Shown: piece by piece, positions 50,901 through 60,935 of the stretch | Position numbering within the stretch: the stretch's first letter is position 1 | Layout of the letters: the number at the start of each line of letters is the position of its first letter | Origin: Candidatus Oxydemutatoraceae bacterium | Lineage (GTDB): Bacteria > Pseudomonadota > Gammaproteobacteria > Poriferisulfidales > Oxydemutatoraceae | Assembly (NCBI GenBank): GCA_965219575.1 | Contig: OZ244779.1 | Span: forward strand, 2,252,769 to 2,316,768 | Direction: 5' to 3' | Length of the DNA: 64,000 nt | Position numbers and translations under genes: made by a program | The notes under the pieces: generated by a model | Seen by the model: only the letters and a program-made list of their open reading frames with translations | Told to the model about the DNA's origin: nothing | The model's database searches: none

Positions 50901-51753
50901 CTTTTATTCACCGCTTAGGTATCCGGGAGGGAAAACCAAAATAGCCCCAATTATTAAAAAGATATTTGATGAAAATAACATAGTAGGCTGTCATTATGTT
51001 GAACCTTATGCCGGTGGAGCCGGAGTGGCACTTTCATTATTATTAGAAGAGTTTGTCTCAACCGTCCAAATAAACGATTATGATCGCTCTATCTATGCTT
51101 TTTGGTATACCGTAGTTAATCAAAGTGAAGATTTTTGTAAGCAAATAGAGCGCATTCCAATTACGATTAAAGAGTGGTTAAAGCAAAAAAAAATACAAAA
51201 AAATAAAACCGACGTTGATTTATTTGATCTAGGCTTTTCAACTTTTTTCCTTAATCGTACCAATATTTCCGGTGTTATCAAAGGCGGGGTGATTGGGGGA
51301 ATAGAGCAACAGGGAGAATACAAAATAAATGCTCGTTTTAACAAAGAAAAACTCATCGAAAGAATAAGGAGAATAAGTAAATATGCAAATAGAATTGAGG
51401 TCACCAATGAAAATGCATTAAATATTTTTTCTCTTGATCTTAGCGGTGATTTTGTTTTTATTGATCCCCCTTATGTCAATAAAGCTAAAGACTTATACCT
51501 TAACTTTTATTCAAAAGAGGATCATATAACAGTTTCAGATGCAATACTCAAAAATAAATCAGACTTTAACTGGCTATTAACTTATGACCAAAATAACTTG
51601 ATTAAAAAATTATATGCATCCTGCAAACATAAATTCTCTTATGAACTAAGCTACGGAGCATCTAATCGTAAAAGTCGGGAATATCTTTTTTTTAGCAATA
51701 AGCTGAAAACACATGCCCTGAAGGATTGCTTAAAGACAGTAAAAATACCTTAG
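50890..51753 (+). CDS. Dam/D12-family DNA adenine methyltransferase
   Basis: SPLRYPGGK, YVEPYAGGAG, FFLNRT, FIDPPY. Confidence 0.93.
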   Translation: MANNFYSPLRYPGGKTKIAPIIKKIFDENNIVGCHYVEPYAGGAGVALSLLLEEFVSTVQINDYDRSIYAFWYTVVNQSEDFCKQIERIPITIKEWLKQKKIQKNKTDVDLFDLGFSTFFLNRTNISGVIKGGVIGGIEQQGEYKINARFNKEKLIERIRRISKYANRIEVTNENALNIFSLDLSGDFVFIDPPYVNKAKDLYLNFYSKEDHITVSDAILKNKSDFNWLLTYDQNNLIKKLYASCKHKFSYELSYGASNRKSREYLFFSNKLKTHALKDCLKTVKIP

Positions 51754-51958
51754 AACTGACGTTCCCCTATTTTTCGGGTCACCTGCAAAGTTAGTTTTCA
51801 TGCTCTATTGCGGGATCAAGAATTCTGTCAATAAATCAACTAAGCTATTGCTCTCTTTAGGTGCTTCTTGCCGGCAGTACGCCACATTTGAATATGAACT
51901 TAAACTCATTTTAGTTTTTAGAGTAAAGTCACCAATATATTTATTAGGAGATTAGTAT

Positions 51959-53221
51959 TCATCCTACTCTCGATCGTAATCGGCGTACATCGGTTTGCTC
52001 TAGACTCAGTTCCAATAACCACCCTTGCCCGGGTATATAACGATCGTTAACCACCCTTTTATTGTCGTACAAAGATGCGCGTATGGCACCGGCAGCGGGT
52101 GGCAAACACAGCCTATATATCGTTTTCTTTGCGGCGATTTCGGATTGCAACGCATGACGTAAAAGATCTATTCCCGTACCTTTTAGCGCGCTGATATAGA
52201 CGGTCCTAGCAAAGGCACCCCCGTTGAAATCTATCGCTGCCTTTGCGTCGTTTAAGCGATCTATTTTGTTCATTATTCTGATGCGCTTAATATCGCCGGC
52301 TCCGATTTTATCCAGAACTTGCTCTACGCAACGACGTTTCTCCAGCCGTTGCGGGTCGGAAGCATCTTCCACACACAAAATTAAATCGGCATCGCGAACT
52401 TCAACCAAAGTTGCATTAAATGCGTCTATCAATTCATGGGGCAGGTTTCGTATAAAGCCTACGGTGTCGGAGACCAACACCGTGCAATCCTCCAATTCCA
52501 AACGCCGAGTGACAAGGTCTAAGGTCGCAAAGAGCATGTCGGCGGAATCCACATCGGCCGAAGTCAGGGCATTGAACAAAGTAGATTTGCCGGTATTGGT
52601 ATAGCCGACTAAGGCTATAAGCGGTAAAGCATTTTTTCGGCGATTGCGCCGGCGTTGCTCGTGTTGATGTCTGATACTTTTGAGTTCTTTTTTAATCGTT
52701 GCAACGCGCCGTTTTAATAGGCGGCGGTCGGTCTCCAGCTGTTTCTCACCGGGACCGCGCAACCCGATACCTCCCTTCTGACGCTCCAAGTGTGTCCAAC
52801 CACGTACTAAATGTGTGGCAAGGTATTCCAACTGTGCCAACTCAACCTGCAATTTGCCCTCGTACGACTGCGCTCTTTGCGCAAATATGTCAAGTATCAA
52901 CCCCGTATAAGTGATAACTCGGGTGCAGGTGTGTTGCTCTAGATTTCGTATCTGACCGGGGCTTAAATCTCGATCTATTATGGTCAAACTTATATTATGT
53001 GTTTGCGCTTGCTCACGAATTTCGGAAGCCTTGCCCGAACCGATTAGATATTTAGGGTCCGGACGATGCCGACGAACCTTCAATACGAACTCTGCATGAA
53101 TTCCGGCAGAGGCAACAAGCTCACAAAACTCTTCCAAGTGCCGATTATCTTTGCGCTCTCTTCCGAAACTAGTACTAAGCAATATCGCCGACTCGGATAT
53201 AAATTGATGTGCTTCTCTCAT
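51959..53221 (-). CDS. hflX: Ribosome rescue GTPase HflX
   Basis: LILDIFAQRA, RGPGEKQLETDRR, GYTNTGKST, DTVGF, NKID. Confidence 0.97.
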   Translation of the reverse strand: MREAHQFISESAILLSTSFGRERKDNRHLEEFCELVASAGIHAEFVLKVRRHRPDPKYLIGSGKASEIREQAQTHNISLTIIDRDLSPGQIRNLEQHTCTRVITYTGLILDIFAQRAQSYEGKLQVELAQLEYLATHLVRGWTHLERQKGGIGLRGPGEKQLETDRRLLKRRVATIKKELKSIRHQHEQRRRNRRKNALPLIALVGYTNTGKSTLFNALTSADVDSADMLFATLDLVTRRLELEDCTVLVSDTVGFIRNLPHELIDAFNATLVEVRDADLILCVEDASDPQRLEKRRCVEQVLDKIGAGDIKRIRIMNKIDRLNDAKAAIDFNGGAFARTVYISALKGTGIDLLRHALQSEIAAKKTIYRLCLPPAAGAIRASLYDNKRVVNDRYIPGQGWLLELSLEQTDVRRLRSRVG

Positions 53222-53263
53222 ACTAGATAAATATTAGCCAGAATTTATTCATTATACAAGATG

Positions 53264-53307
53264 TTCCACTCCTCCGGAGAGGCGGCAAGTTTCGCCTGAC
53301 GGGGTGA
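53264..53307. repeat. Degenerate hairpin module of the repeat family
   Basis: TCCACTCCTCCGGAGAGGCGGCAAGTTTCGCCTGACGGGGTG. Confidence 0.65.
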
Positions 53308-53367
53308 TCTCCCCTACTTCAGAAAGCCGAAAGCAGATTTTTTTGTTATACTTCCCTAAAAATCATA

Positions 53368-56300
53368 TTGGAGAGAAAAGAATTGCCTATAAGCGAAGGA
53401 CAAATTGAAGACGACTTCATAAAGAAGTTACAAGAACTTAAATACACCTATCGTGATGACATTCATGATAAAGCTACGCTTGAGCAAAACTTTCGCCAAA
53501 AGTTTGAAGCCCTCAATCGCGTTACTCTGACGGATACCGAATTCGCCCGTCTGCTCGGCGACATCGTAAGCAACGATGTATTCAAGGCCGCCAAAACCCT
53601 GCGCGAATATCACCACTTTGAACGAGAAGACGGCACGCCACTCCAATATACCCTAGTGAACACCAAAGACTGGTGTAAAAACGAATTTGAAGTCATCAAC
53701 CAAGTACGCATCAATACCAAGTATAGCCATCACCGTTATGATGTCGTTATACTCATAAACGGCATTCCCGTCGTTCAATTTGAATTAAAAAGACACGATA
53801 TCGTCCCTCTCAAAGCCATGGAACAGATTGTCAAATACAAAAACGACCCCGATAACGGCTACACCAACAGCCTGCTATGTTTTATGCAGCTGTTTATCGT
53901 CAGCAACGGATATAAAACCTACTACTTCCCTAATAATAACAATAAGTATTTTGAATTTAATGCCGACGAACGCTTTCTGCCCATATACCAAATGGCAGAC
54001 CGAGACAACAAAAAAATCAGCGGATTGGATGACTTTGCCGATAGCTTTTTAAGCAAATGCAAACTCGGTCAAATGATCAGTCGCTATATAGTGCTGGTGG
54101 AAATGGAAGAAAAACTGATCATTATGCGTCCTTATCAGATCTATGCGGTGGAAGCCATCGTCGACTGCATTAACGAAAACCGAGGCAACGGCTATATTTG
54201 GCATACAACCGGCAGTGGCAAAACCCTGACCTCGTTCAAGGCATCGACTCTATTAAAAGACAATCCCGATATTGAAAAATGCTTTTTTGTCGTAGACCGC
54301 AAAGATCTTGACTATCAGACCAGAGCGGAATTCAACACATTCCAAAAAAAGTGTGTCGAGGAAAACACCAACACCGAAACTTTGGTGCGCCGCATGCTAT
54401 CGGAGGATATCGCCGACAAAATTATCGTCACCACCATTCAAAAACTGGCACTGGCACTGGACGATAGCAGTCAAAAGGCTCGCCGGCATAAACAAAAAGG
54501 CAGACAAACCTACAAAGAACGTTTGAAACCACTGAGCGACAAGCGCGTCGTATTTATCTTTGACGAATGTCACCGCTCGCAGTTTGGCGAAAACCACAGA
54601 GCCATTAAATCCTTCTTTCCTCAAGCTCAACTATTCGGCTTTACCGGCACACCGATTTTTGAGGAAAATGCCGCGAAAACAAGAATCGAAGAGACGGTAT
54701 CTAGCTATGTTACAACCGAGAGTGTTTTCCAGAAAGAGCTACATGCCTACACCATCACCAATGCCATTGACGACAAAAATGTACTCAAGTTTCATGTTGA
54801 CTACTTCGGTCAAAACAACGACAAAGACACCGACGATACAAGCAAAACGCTGGCGCCGGTTAAACCTACACCCGAGGCGGTCGTCGAAGAAATACTGCGA
54901 AAGCACGATAATGCCACCAACCATCGCCGCTTTAATGCACTGCTGGCTACCGGGTCAATCAACCATGCTATTGACTATTACGAACAATTCAAACGGATAC
55001 AAAAACAAAAGCAAGCCGAAGACGATGACTTTATGCCGCTCAATATCGCCTGTGTATTCACACCACCGATACAAGCCTTAGACAAAGACAATAACAACCT
55101 GCACGACATCAAACAGCTACAAGACGAACTGGAACAGGAAAAAGAGGACAACAAAGTGGAACCGGAAAAGAAAAAGGCTGCACTCAAAACCATCATTGCC
55201 GACTACAACAAGCAATACGGCACCAACTGTAGCATTAACGAATATGACCGCTACTACCAAAATATACAGCAGCGTATTAAAGATCAGCAATACAAAAATT
55301 CCGATCACCCGCATAAAAACAAAATTGACATTACGATCGTAGTGGACATGCTACTCACCGGTTTTGACTCCAAATACCTTAACACCTTGTATGTGGACAA
55401 AAACCTCAAATACCACGGATTGATTCAGGCGTTTTCGCGCACCAACCGAATACTCAACGGCACCAAACCGCACGGCAACATTCTTGATTTTCGCGGACAA
55501 AGTAAGGAAGTAGATGACGCGATTATCCTGTTTTCAGGAAAAGAAGCGTATGCCAATAAAAAAATCTGGCTGGTTGCCCCCGCCTCCGAAGTAATTGAAG
55601 AATACGAAACCGCAGTGCAACAACTGCAAACTTTTATGGAAAAAGAAAAACTGCAATTCCATCCCTCGGAAATAGCCAACCTCAACGGCGATATTGCCAA
55701 AACTAGCTTCATAACCCAATTCAGAGAAGTGCAGAAACTAAAAACACAGCTGGATCAATACACCGATGTAGATGACGACAACAAACAAAAAATAGAACAA
55801 CTCTTATCGGATGACCACCTGCAAGGCTATAGAAGTGCCTATCTAGAAATTGCACGAGAATTAAAAGAAGGGCGAGAGACCGGCAGCAATGACGAAAAAG
55901 CCGAACAACCGGATTTCCAACTGGTGCTGTTTTCTTCGGTTCTGATCGACTACGACTACATCATCAAGCTAATCTCCGAAATCACGCAATCCGGCACTCC
56001 ACAAAAAATGAACCGTGGAAAGCTCATTGAACTTATTCGGAGCGTTGCCAACCTAGAAGAAGACAGAGAGGATATTATCGACTATATCAACAGCCTAGAA
56101 ACCGGCGTGGTGATGGATGAACAAGCCGTTCGCGACGGCTATCAAAAATTTAAGGAACAAAAATCACAACGGATACTAACAAACATGGCACAAAAACACG
56201 GCTTGCAAACCGATACCCTGCAAAACTTTGTCGACAACATCCTGAATCGCAGGATTTTTGACGGCGAACACCTGAGCGACTTAATCGCACCGCTGGAACC

Positions 56301-56412
56301 GGACTGGAAAGCCAGAGTGGAAAAAGAAACCAACCTGATGAAGGACTTAGGACCCTACTTAAGGAAACTGGCTCGCGGGCGAGATATTTCGGGGCTATCG
56401 GCGTATGAGTGA
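53368..56412 (+). CDS. hsdR: Type I restriction endonuclease subunit R
   Basis: INGIPVVQFELK nuclease motif, WHTTGSGKT, DECHRSQFG, FTGTP, MLLTGFD, QAFSRTNR. Confidence 0.97.
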   Translation: MERKELPISEGQIEDDFIKKLQELKYTYRDDIHDKATLEQNFRQKFEALNRVTLTDTEFARLLGDIVSNDVFKAAKTLREYHHFEREDGTPLQYTLVNTKDWCKNEFEVINQVRINTKYSHHRYDVVILINGIPVVQFELKRHDIVPLKAMEQIVKYKNDPDNGYTNSLLCFMQLFIVSNGYKTYYFPNNNNKYFEFNADERFLPIYQMADRDNKKISGLDDFADSFLSKCKLGQMISRYIVLVEMEEKLIIMRPYQIYAVEAIVDCINENRGNGYIWHTTGSGKTLTSFKASTLLKDNPDIEKCFFVVDRKDLDYQTRAEFNTFQKKCVEENTNTETLVRRMLSEDIADKIIVTTIQKLALALDDSSQKARRHKQKGRQTYKERLKPLSDKRVVFIFDECHRSQFGENHRAIKSFFPQAQLFGFTGTPIFEENAAKTRIEETVSSYVTTESVFQKELHAYTITNAIDDKNVLKFHVDYFGQNNDKDTDDTSKTLAPVKPTPEAVVEEILRKHDNATNHRRFNALLATGSINHAIDYYEQFKRIQKQKQAEDDDFMPLNIACVFTPPIQALDKDNNNLHDIKQLQDELEQEKEDNKVEPEKKKAALKTIIADYNKQYGTNCSINEYDRYYQNIQQRIKDQQYKNSDHPHKNKIDITIVVDMLLTGFDSKYLNTLYVDKNLKYHGLIQAFSRTNRILNGTKPHGNILDFRGQSKEVDDAIILFSGKEAYANKKIWLVAPASEVIEEYETAVQQLQTFMEKEKLQFHPSEIANLNGDIAKTSFITQFREVQKLKTQLDQYTDVDDDNKQKIEQLLSDDHLQGYRSAYLEIARELKEGRETGSNDEKAEQPDFQLVLFSSVLIDYDYIIKLISEITQSGTPQKMNRGKLIELIRSVANLEEDREDIIDYINSLETGVVMDEQAVRDGYQKFKEQKSQRILTNMAQKHGLQTDTLQNFVDNILNRRIFDGEHLSDLIAPLEPDWKARVEKETNLMKDLGPYLRKLARGRDISGLSAYE

Positions 56413-56445
56413 GCATTGTAAGCCTTAGCAGGCAAGGAAAATTAG

Positions 56446-56895
56446 ATGATACTTTTGACTCAACACGAAGCAGATAGCCTGCTAAAAATGGAAAAACACT
56501 ATTTTAATTCAGAAAAACGATTTGATTTTCCGGACTTGGGAGGTGCATTGCATATCCCATTATATTCACAAGACAGAAGAGAAGAATTTACTCTTGATAT
56601 TAGACGCGGCCGGATTTCACTTGAGAAAAACACCTTCCAAACTAGAGCACGAAAAGCTATCGTTCTGGCACGCTTGGATTTGGGGGCACATCCTCATCAA
56701 AACCCTGAACCTGATGGTAGATGGTTTGAATGTCCTCACCTCCATTTGTATAGGGAAGGCTTCGGTGATAAGTATGCGTATCCATTATCGAAAGAATTCG
56801 CAGGAATTAGCGATCCTTTCGGATTGCTAGATGTTTTTATGGATTATTGCGTTATCATTAGAAAACCTACTATTAATAGAGGACTATTCACATGA
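56446..56895 (+). CDS. Hypothetical protein (DUF6978-like) with His-rich motif
   Basis: LTQHEADSLLKMEK, LARLDL..HQNP, CPHLHLYREG; coupled (ATGA) to the next gene. Confidence 0.7.
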   Translation: MILLTQHEADSLLKMEKHYFNSEKRFDFPDLGGALHIPLYSQDRREEFTLDIRRGRISLEKNTFQTRARKAIVLARLDLGAHPHQNPEPDGRWFECPHLHLYREGFGDKYAYPLSKEFAGISDPFGLLDVFMDYCVIIRKPTINRGLFT

Positions 56896-57659
56896 TGATA
56901 GACGACATTCAATCACTGCTAGACGATTATATTCGTTGGCTCAAAGATAAAACGGTTCTGAATCAAATAGACAAGCACTGGGTTCAGGTAACCACACCAC
57001 ATCTGGATCGTCACAATGACTGTTTGCAGTTTTATGTCCGTCAAAAAAATGGCGGCTACCTACTTACAGATGACGGTTATATCATTAACGACTTAATCAG
57101 TTCCGGTTGTCCCCTGAACGGTGAAAAAAAGCAGGAATTGCTAAAAACTACTTTGAACGGATTCGGCGTGCAACGAGAAGGCGAACAGTTGTCACTGAAA
57201 GCTACGCCGGAAAATTTCTCCCGGCAAAAACATAATTTTGTTCAAGCCATGCTGGCGGTCAATGATTTGTTCTACTTGGCTTCGCCTTATGTAAGAAGTC
57301 TATTTTACGAAGATGTTACACAATGGCTTGACTCGGCAGATATTCGTTTTACTTCGAAGGTTAAATTTACCGGAAAAAGCGGATACGACCATCAATTTGA
57401 TTTTATTATTCCCAAATCTCGCCAATACCCCGAGCGGATTATTCAGACAATTAATAACCCTAAAAAAGACAACACAAAAGCACTGCTTTTCAAATGGCAT
57501 GATACACGCGAGAACAGAACCCCGGATACACAACTCTATGCCTTCTTAAACGACTCAGAGGGATCTGTTGCTGAATCTGCATCCGCTTTGCAAATCTATG
57601 ACATAAAACCTGTCCCATGGTCTGATCGTGAAAATGTAAAAAAAGAATTGGTTGCATGA
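56892..57659 (+). CDS. DUF1828/DUF1829-type protein (restriction-endonuclease-like C-terminal domain)
   Basis: VTTPHLDRHNDCLQFY, LTDDGY, GKSGYDHQFDFIIP, WHDT, FLND, PWS. Confidence 0.8.
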   Translation: MMIDDIQSLLDDYIRWLKDKTVLNQIDKHWVQVTTPHLDRHNDCLQFYVRQKNGGYLLTDDGYIINDLISSGCPLNGEKKQELLKTTLNGFGVQREGEQLSLKATPENFSRQKHNFVQAMLAVNDLFYLASPYVRSLFYEDVTQWLDSADIRFTSKVKFTGKSGYDHQFDFIIPKSRQYPERIIQTINNPKKDNTKALLFKWHDTRENRTPDTQLYAFLNDSEGSVAESASALQIYDIKPVPWSDRENVKKELVA

Positions 57660-57666
57660 TTGCGGC

Positions 57667-57775
57667 AGCGAGCAACCGAGCAACTTAATGACACCAATAA
57701 AATTGGATAGGGAAAACAGAATAGAAAAGTAAACTGGCGGACGAGATATTTCGGGACTATCGGCTTATGAGTGAG
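57667..57775 (+). repeat. Degenerate second copy of the hsdR 3' end
   Basis: 57731-57775 AAACTGGCGGACGAGATATTTCGGGACTATCGGCTTATGAGTGAG matches 56365-56413. The preceding bases encode SEQPSNLMTPIKLDRENRIEK versus HsdR GEHLSDLIAPLEPDWKARVEK. Confidence 0.8.
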
Positions 57776-58960
57776 AAAAAGCAGAAAGGGCTAGTGCCAA
57801 GACTACACTTCCCTGAGTTTCGGGATAGAGGAGAGTGGGAACTTAAAAGGTTAGGTGTCTGCCTCAAGTACCTACAGCCTACGGAGTATTTGGTGCAAAG
57901 TACTACGTATGACGACAAATTTCAAATTCCTGTCCTGACGGCTGGCAAAACCTTCATTTTAGGGTACACAAACGAAACTAAAGGAGTATTTGATAAAGAA
58001 CGTCTTCCAGTAATCATCTTTGATGATTTCACAACAGCTTCTAAATTCGTTGATTTTCCGTTTAAGGCAAAGTCTTCGGCTATGAAGATTTTGCTTGCTC
58101 AAGATAACAATATTAATATCAAATTTATTTATGAGGCAATGCAACGCATTAGGTATGAAGTTGGTGTTCACAAGAGACACTGGATTTCTATATTTTCTAA
58201 TTTTTACACTCCGATACCAAAATTAAAAGAGCAGCAAAAAATTGCCGACTGCTTGTCATCCATTGACGAGAGCATCTCCACACAAACCGAAAAGCTCAAT
58301 GCCCTGAAGAACCATAAAAAAGCCCTGATGCAACAACTATTCCCTGCCGAAGGCGAAACCACCCCCAAACTACGCTTCCCCGAGTTTCGGGATGGGGAAG
58401 AGTGGGATTGGGGAGAAGTAGGTAATATCTATGATGTTACTAGAGGTTATGTACTTTCTATGAGCATAATCAACGAAAAATATTCTGAAGAGACTCCTTA
58501 TCCTGTATATTCTTCACAAACAAAAAATAATGGATTAGCAGGTTATTACAATGAATATCTATATGAAGACGCAATTACTTGGACGACAGATGGAGCTAAC
58601 GCAGGCGATGTGAATTATAGAAATGGTAAATTTTACTGTACAAACGTATGTGGAGTTTTACTGAATAACAAAGGGTTCGCAAATCTATGCATGGCAGAAC
58701 TGTTAAATACAGTGACAAGAAAACATGTTTCCTATGTTGGCAACCCGAAGCTCATGAACGGGGTCATGAGTAAAATTTCAATTCCATTTCCTAAATTAGA
58801 AGAACAGCAAAAAATCGCCGACTGTTTATCATTCATTGACGAATTGATAGCCACACAAACCGAAAAAATAGACATGCTCCGAACTCACAAGAAGGGCTTG
58901 ATGCAACAACTATTCCCCTTATCTGGAGAGGTTTCAGACTTTGACCTACGGAATAGTTAA
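57767..58960 (+). CDS. hsdS: Type I RM specificity subunit
   Basis: Two TRDs bounded by repeated PRLHFPEFRD/PKLRFPEFRD and PKL.EQQKIADCLS.IDE...KK.LMQQLFP. Confidence 0.96.
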   Translation: MSEKKQKGLVPRLHFPEFRDRGEWELKRLGVCLKYLQPTEYLVQSTTYDDKFQIPVLTAGKTFILGYTNETKGVFDKERLPVIIFDDFTTASKFVDFPFKAKSSAMKILLAQDNNINIKFIYEAMQRIRYEVGVHKRHWISIFSNFYTPIPKLKEQQKIADCLSSIDESISTQTEKLNALKNHKKALMQQLFPAEGETTPKLRFPEFRDGEEWDWGEVGNIYDVTRGYVLSMSIINEKYSEETPYPVYSSQTKNNGLAGYYNEYLYEDAITWTTDGANAGDVNYRNGKFYCTNVCGVLLNNKGFANLCMAELLNTVTRKHVSYVGNPKLMNGVMSKISIPFPKLEEQQKIADCLSFIDELIATQTEKIDMLRTHKKGLMQQLFPLSGEVSDFDLRNS

Positions 58961-58990
58961 GTTTATGCTTTACAGAAAAGGGATTTAATT

Positions 58991-59309
58991 ATGGATAAAC
59001 AGCTACAAGCCTTGCAACAAAATCTGGAAACTGTAGTGCAACGCACTGATACTGAAGGCATTGAATTCTGGTTTGCACGCGATCTACAGAAACCTCTAGG
59101 CTATATCCGATGGGAGAACTTCCAAACCGTCATCAAGCGCGCCATAGCGTCCTGCCAAACCAGTGGTTATGAGGTTTCCGACCATTTTCGTGGCATCACG
59201 AAAATGGTCAAACTAGGCAGTGATGACAAATGTAAAAAAGCTGGCGAAACAAACCAAACCACTACCGCTCGGACAAGGTGATGAAACTAATCAAGAGAAA
59301 CCGACATGA
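58991..59309 (+). pseudogene. dinD: dinD-like (Bro-N) gene, internally deleted and frameshifted
   Basis: EFWFARDLQKPLGYIRWENF...DHFRGITKMVKLGS breaks off. Another frame continues KKLAKQTKPLP...PT* with the stop overlapping the hsdM ATG. Confidence 0.7.
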
Positions 59310-60916
59310 CCCAAGAGCAACTTAATCAACTCGGCAAAACTTTGTGGGATATTGCCGACCAGTTACGCGGTGCCATGGATGCCGACGACTTTCGCGATTA
59401 TATGCTGTCGTTTCTGTTTTTGCGTTATTTATCCGACAACTACGAAGCTGCCGCAAAAAAGGAGCTTGGGAAGGATTATCCTAAACCGGCGGAGGGAGAC
59501 AAACGATCGCCGTTGGCAATCTTATATGCCGAAACGCCCGACGATGCCGCTAAACTTCAAGAACAGATGCGCCGCAAGATGCATTATGTAATTGAACCCG
59601 AATATCTGTGGAGCAGGATTACCGAAATGGCACGCCTGCAGGATAATGAATTATTAATAACCCTTGAAAATGGTTTCAAGTATATTGAGAACCATAGTTT
59701 TGCAAGCAACCTTCAGGGCTTGTTTTCGGAGATTAATCTACATTCGGAAAAGCTCGGTAAGACTGCAACCGAACGCAATAAAAAACTCTGTACAATCATC
59801 CAGAAAATTGCCGAAGGTATGGCAGAGTTTTCGGCGACTACCGATATTCTCGGCGATGCCTATGAATATCTGATCGGTCAATTTGCCGCCGGGTCGGGTA
59901 GAAAAGCCGGTGAGTTTTATACACCACAAGAAATTTCAACTATCCTATCTCGTATCGTTGCACTTGACCCGCAGAAACCGGAAAACGGAGTCAAAGAAAG
60001 GCTGGGAAATGTGCTGGACTTTGCATGTGGTTCGGGTTCCTTGCTACTCAATGTGCGTCAGCGGTTGGGTGCACACGGTGTCGGTAGGATATACGGTCAA
60101 GAAAAAAACATTACCACCTATAACCTTGCCCGTATGAACATGTTGCTACACGGAGTAAAAGATACCGAGTTTGAGATTCATCACGGTGACTCACTACTCA
60201 ATGATTGGGATATATTGCGCGAAATGAATCCAGCTAAAAAACGGAAGTTTAGTGCTGTTGTTGCCAATCCACCGTTCAGCTACCGCTGGGAACCCGATGA
60301 CGCACTGCGTAAAGACTTTCGCTTCAAAAACCACGGGGTCGCGCCTAAATCGGCAGCGGATTTTGCTTTTTTACTGCACGGCTTGCACTTTCTACACGAT
60401 GAAGGTGTGATGGTGATTATTCTGCCCCACGGCGTACTGTTTCGCGGCAATGTGGAAGCACGTATTCGTACCAAACTCTTAAAAGACAATCACATTGATA
60501 CGGTAATCGGCTTGCCGGCAAACCTGTTTTTCTCTACCGGCATCCCGGTTTGTATCCTAGTGCTGAAAAAATGTAAAAAAGACGACGATGTATTATTCAT
60601 CAATGCGAGTGAACATTATGAAAAGGTCAAACGACAGAACAAATTATTGGATGAGCATATCAATAAAATTGTAGACACCTACCAATTTCGCAAAGAAGAA
60701 CCGGGCTATTCGCGCCGAGTCTCTGCGGAGGAAATCGAGCAGAGCGATTTTAATTTGAACATCTCACGCTATGTGAGCGTTGCCGAACCGGAGCCGGAAA
60801 TAGATTTAGAGGAAACCCATAAGGATTTGGTTGAATTGGAAAAAAGAACCGTGAAAGCGACCAAAACCCATAACCAATTTTTGAAGGAATTAGGATTGCC
60901 TTTGTTGCCCGATTGA
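59306..60916 (+). CDS. hsdM: Type I RM methyltransferase subunit
   Basis: LWDIADQLRG, GEFYTP, DFACGSGSLL, ANPPF, LPHGVLFRG. Confidence 0.97.
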   Translation: MTQEQLNQLGKTLWDIADQLRGAMDADDFRDYMLSFLFLRYLSDNYEAAAKKELGKDYPKPAEGDKRSPLAILYAETPDDAAKLQEQMRRKMHYVIEPEYLWSRITEMARLQDNELLITLENGFKYIENHSFASNLQGLFSEINLHSEKLGKTATERNKKLCTIIQKIAEGMAEFSATTDILGDAYEYLIGQFAAGSGRKAGEFYTPQEISTILSRIVALDPQKPENGVKERLGNVLDFACGSGSLLLNVRQRLGAHGVGRIYGQEKNITTYNLARMNMLLHGVKDTEFEIHHGDSLLNDWDILREMNPAKKRKFSAVVANPPFSYRWEPDDALRKDFRFKNHGVAPKSAADFAFLLHGLHFLHDEGVMVIILPHGVLFRGNVEARIRTKLLKDNHIDTVIGLPANLFFSTGIPVCILVLKKCKKDDDVLFINASEHYEKVKRQNKLLDEHINKIVDTYQFRKEEPGYSRRVSAEEIEQSDFNLNISRYVSVAEPEPEIDLEETHKDLVELEKRTVKATKTHNQFLKELGLPLLPD

Positions 60917-60935
60917 CGGGGGATTGCTGTAATCG

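Noticed and set aside
51760-51950. Short minus-strand ORF (MSLSSYSNVAYC...) between the dam-like gene and hflX
   Set aside because: Only ~34 codons with no recognisable similarity, so it cannot be supported.
57767-58960. Phase-variable hsdS shufflon
   Set aside because: The internal repeats are the normal direct conserved regions of one HsdS. No inverted silent TRDs or recombinase are nearby.
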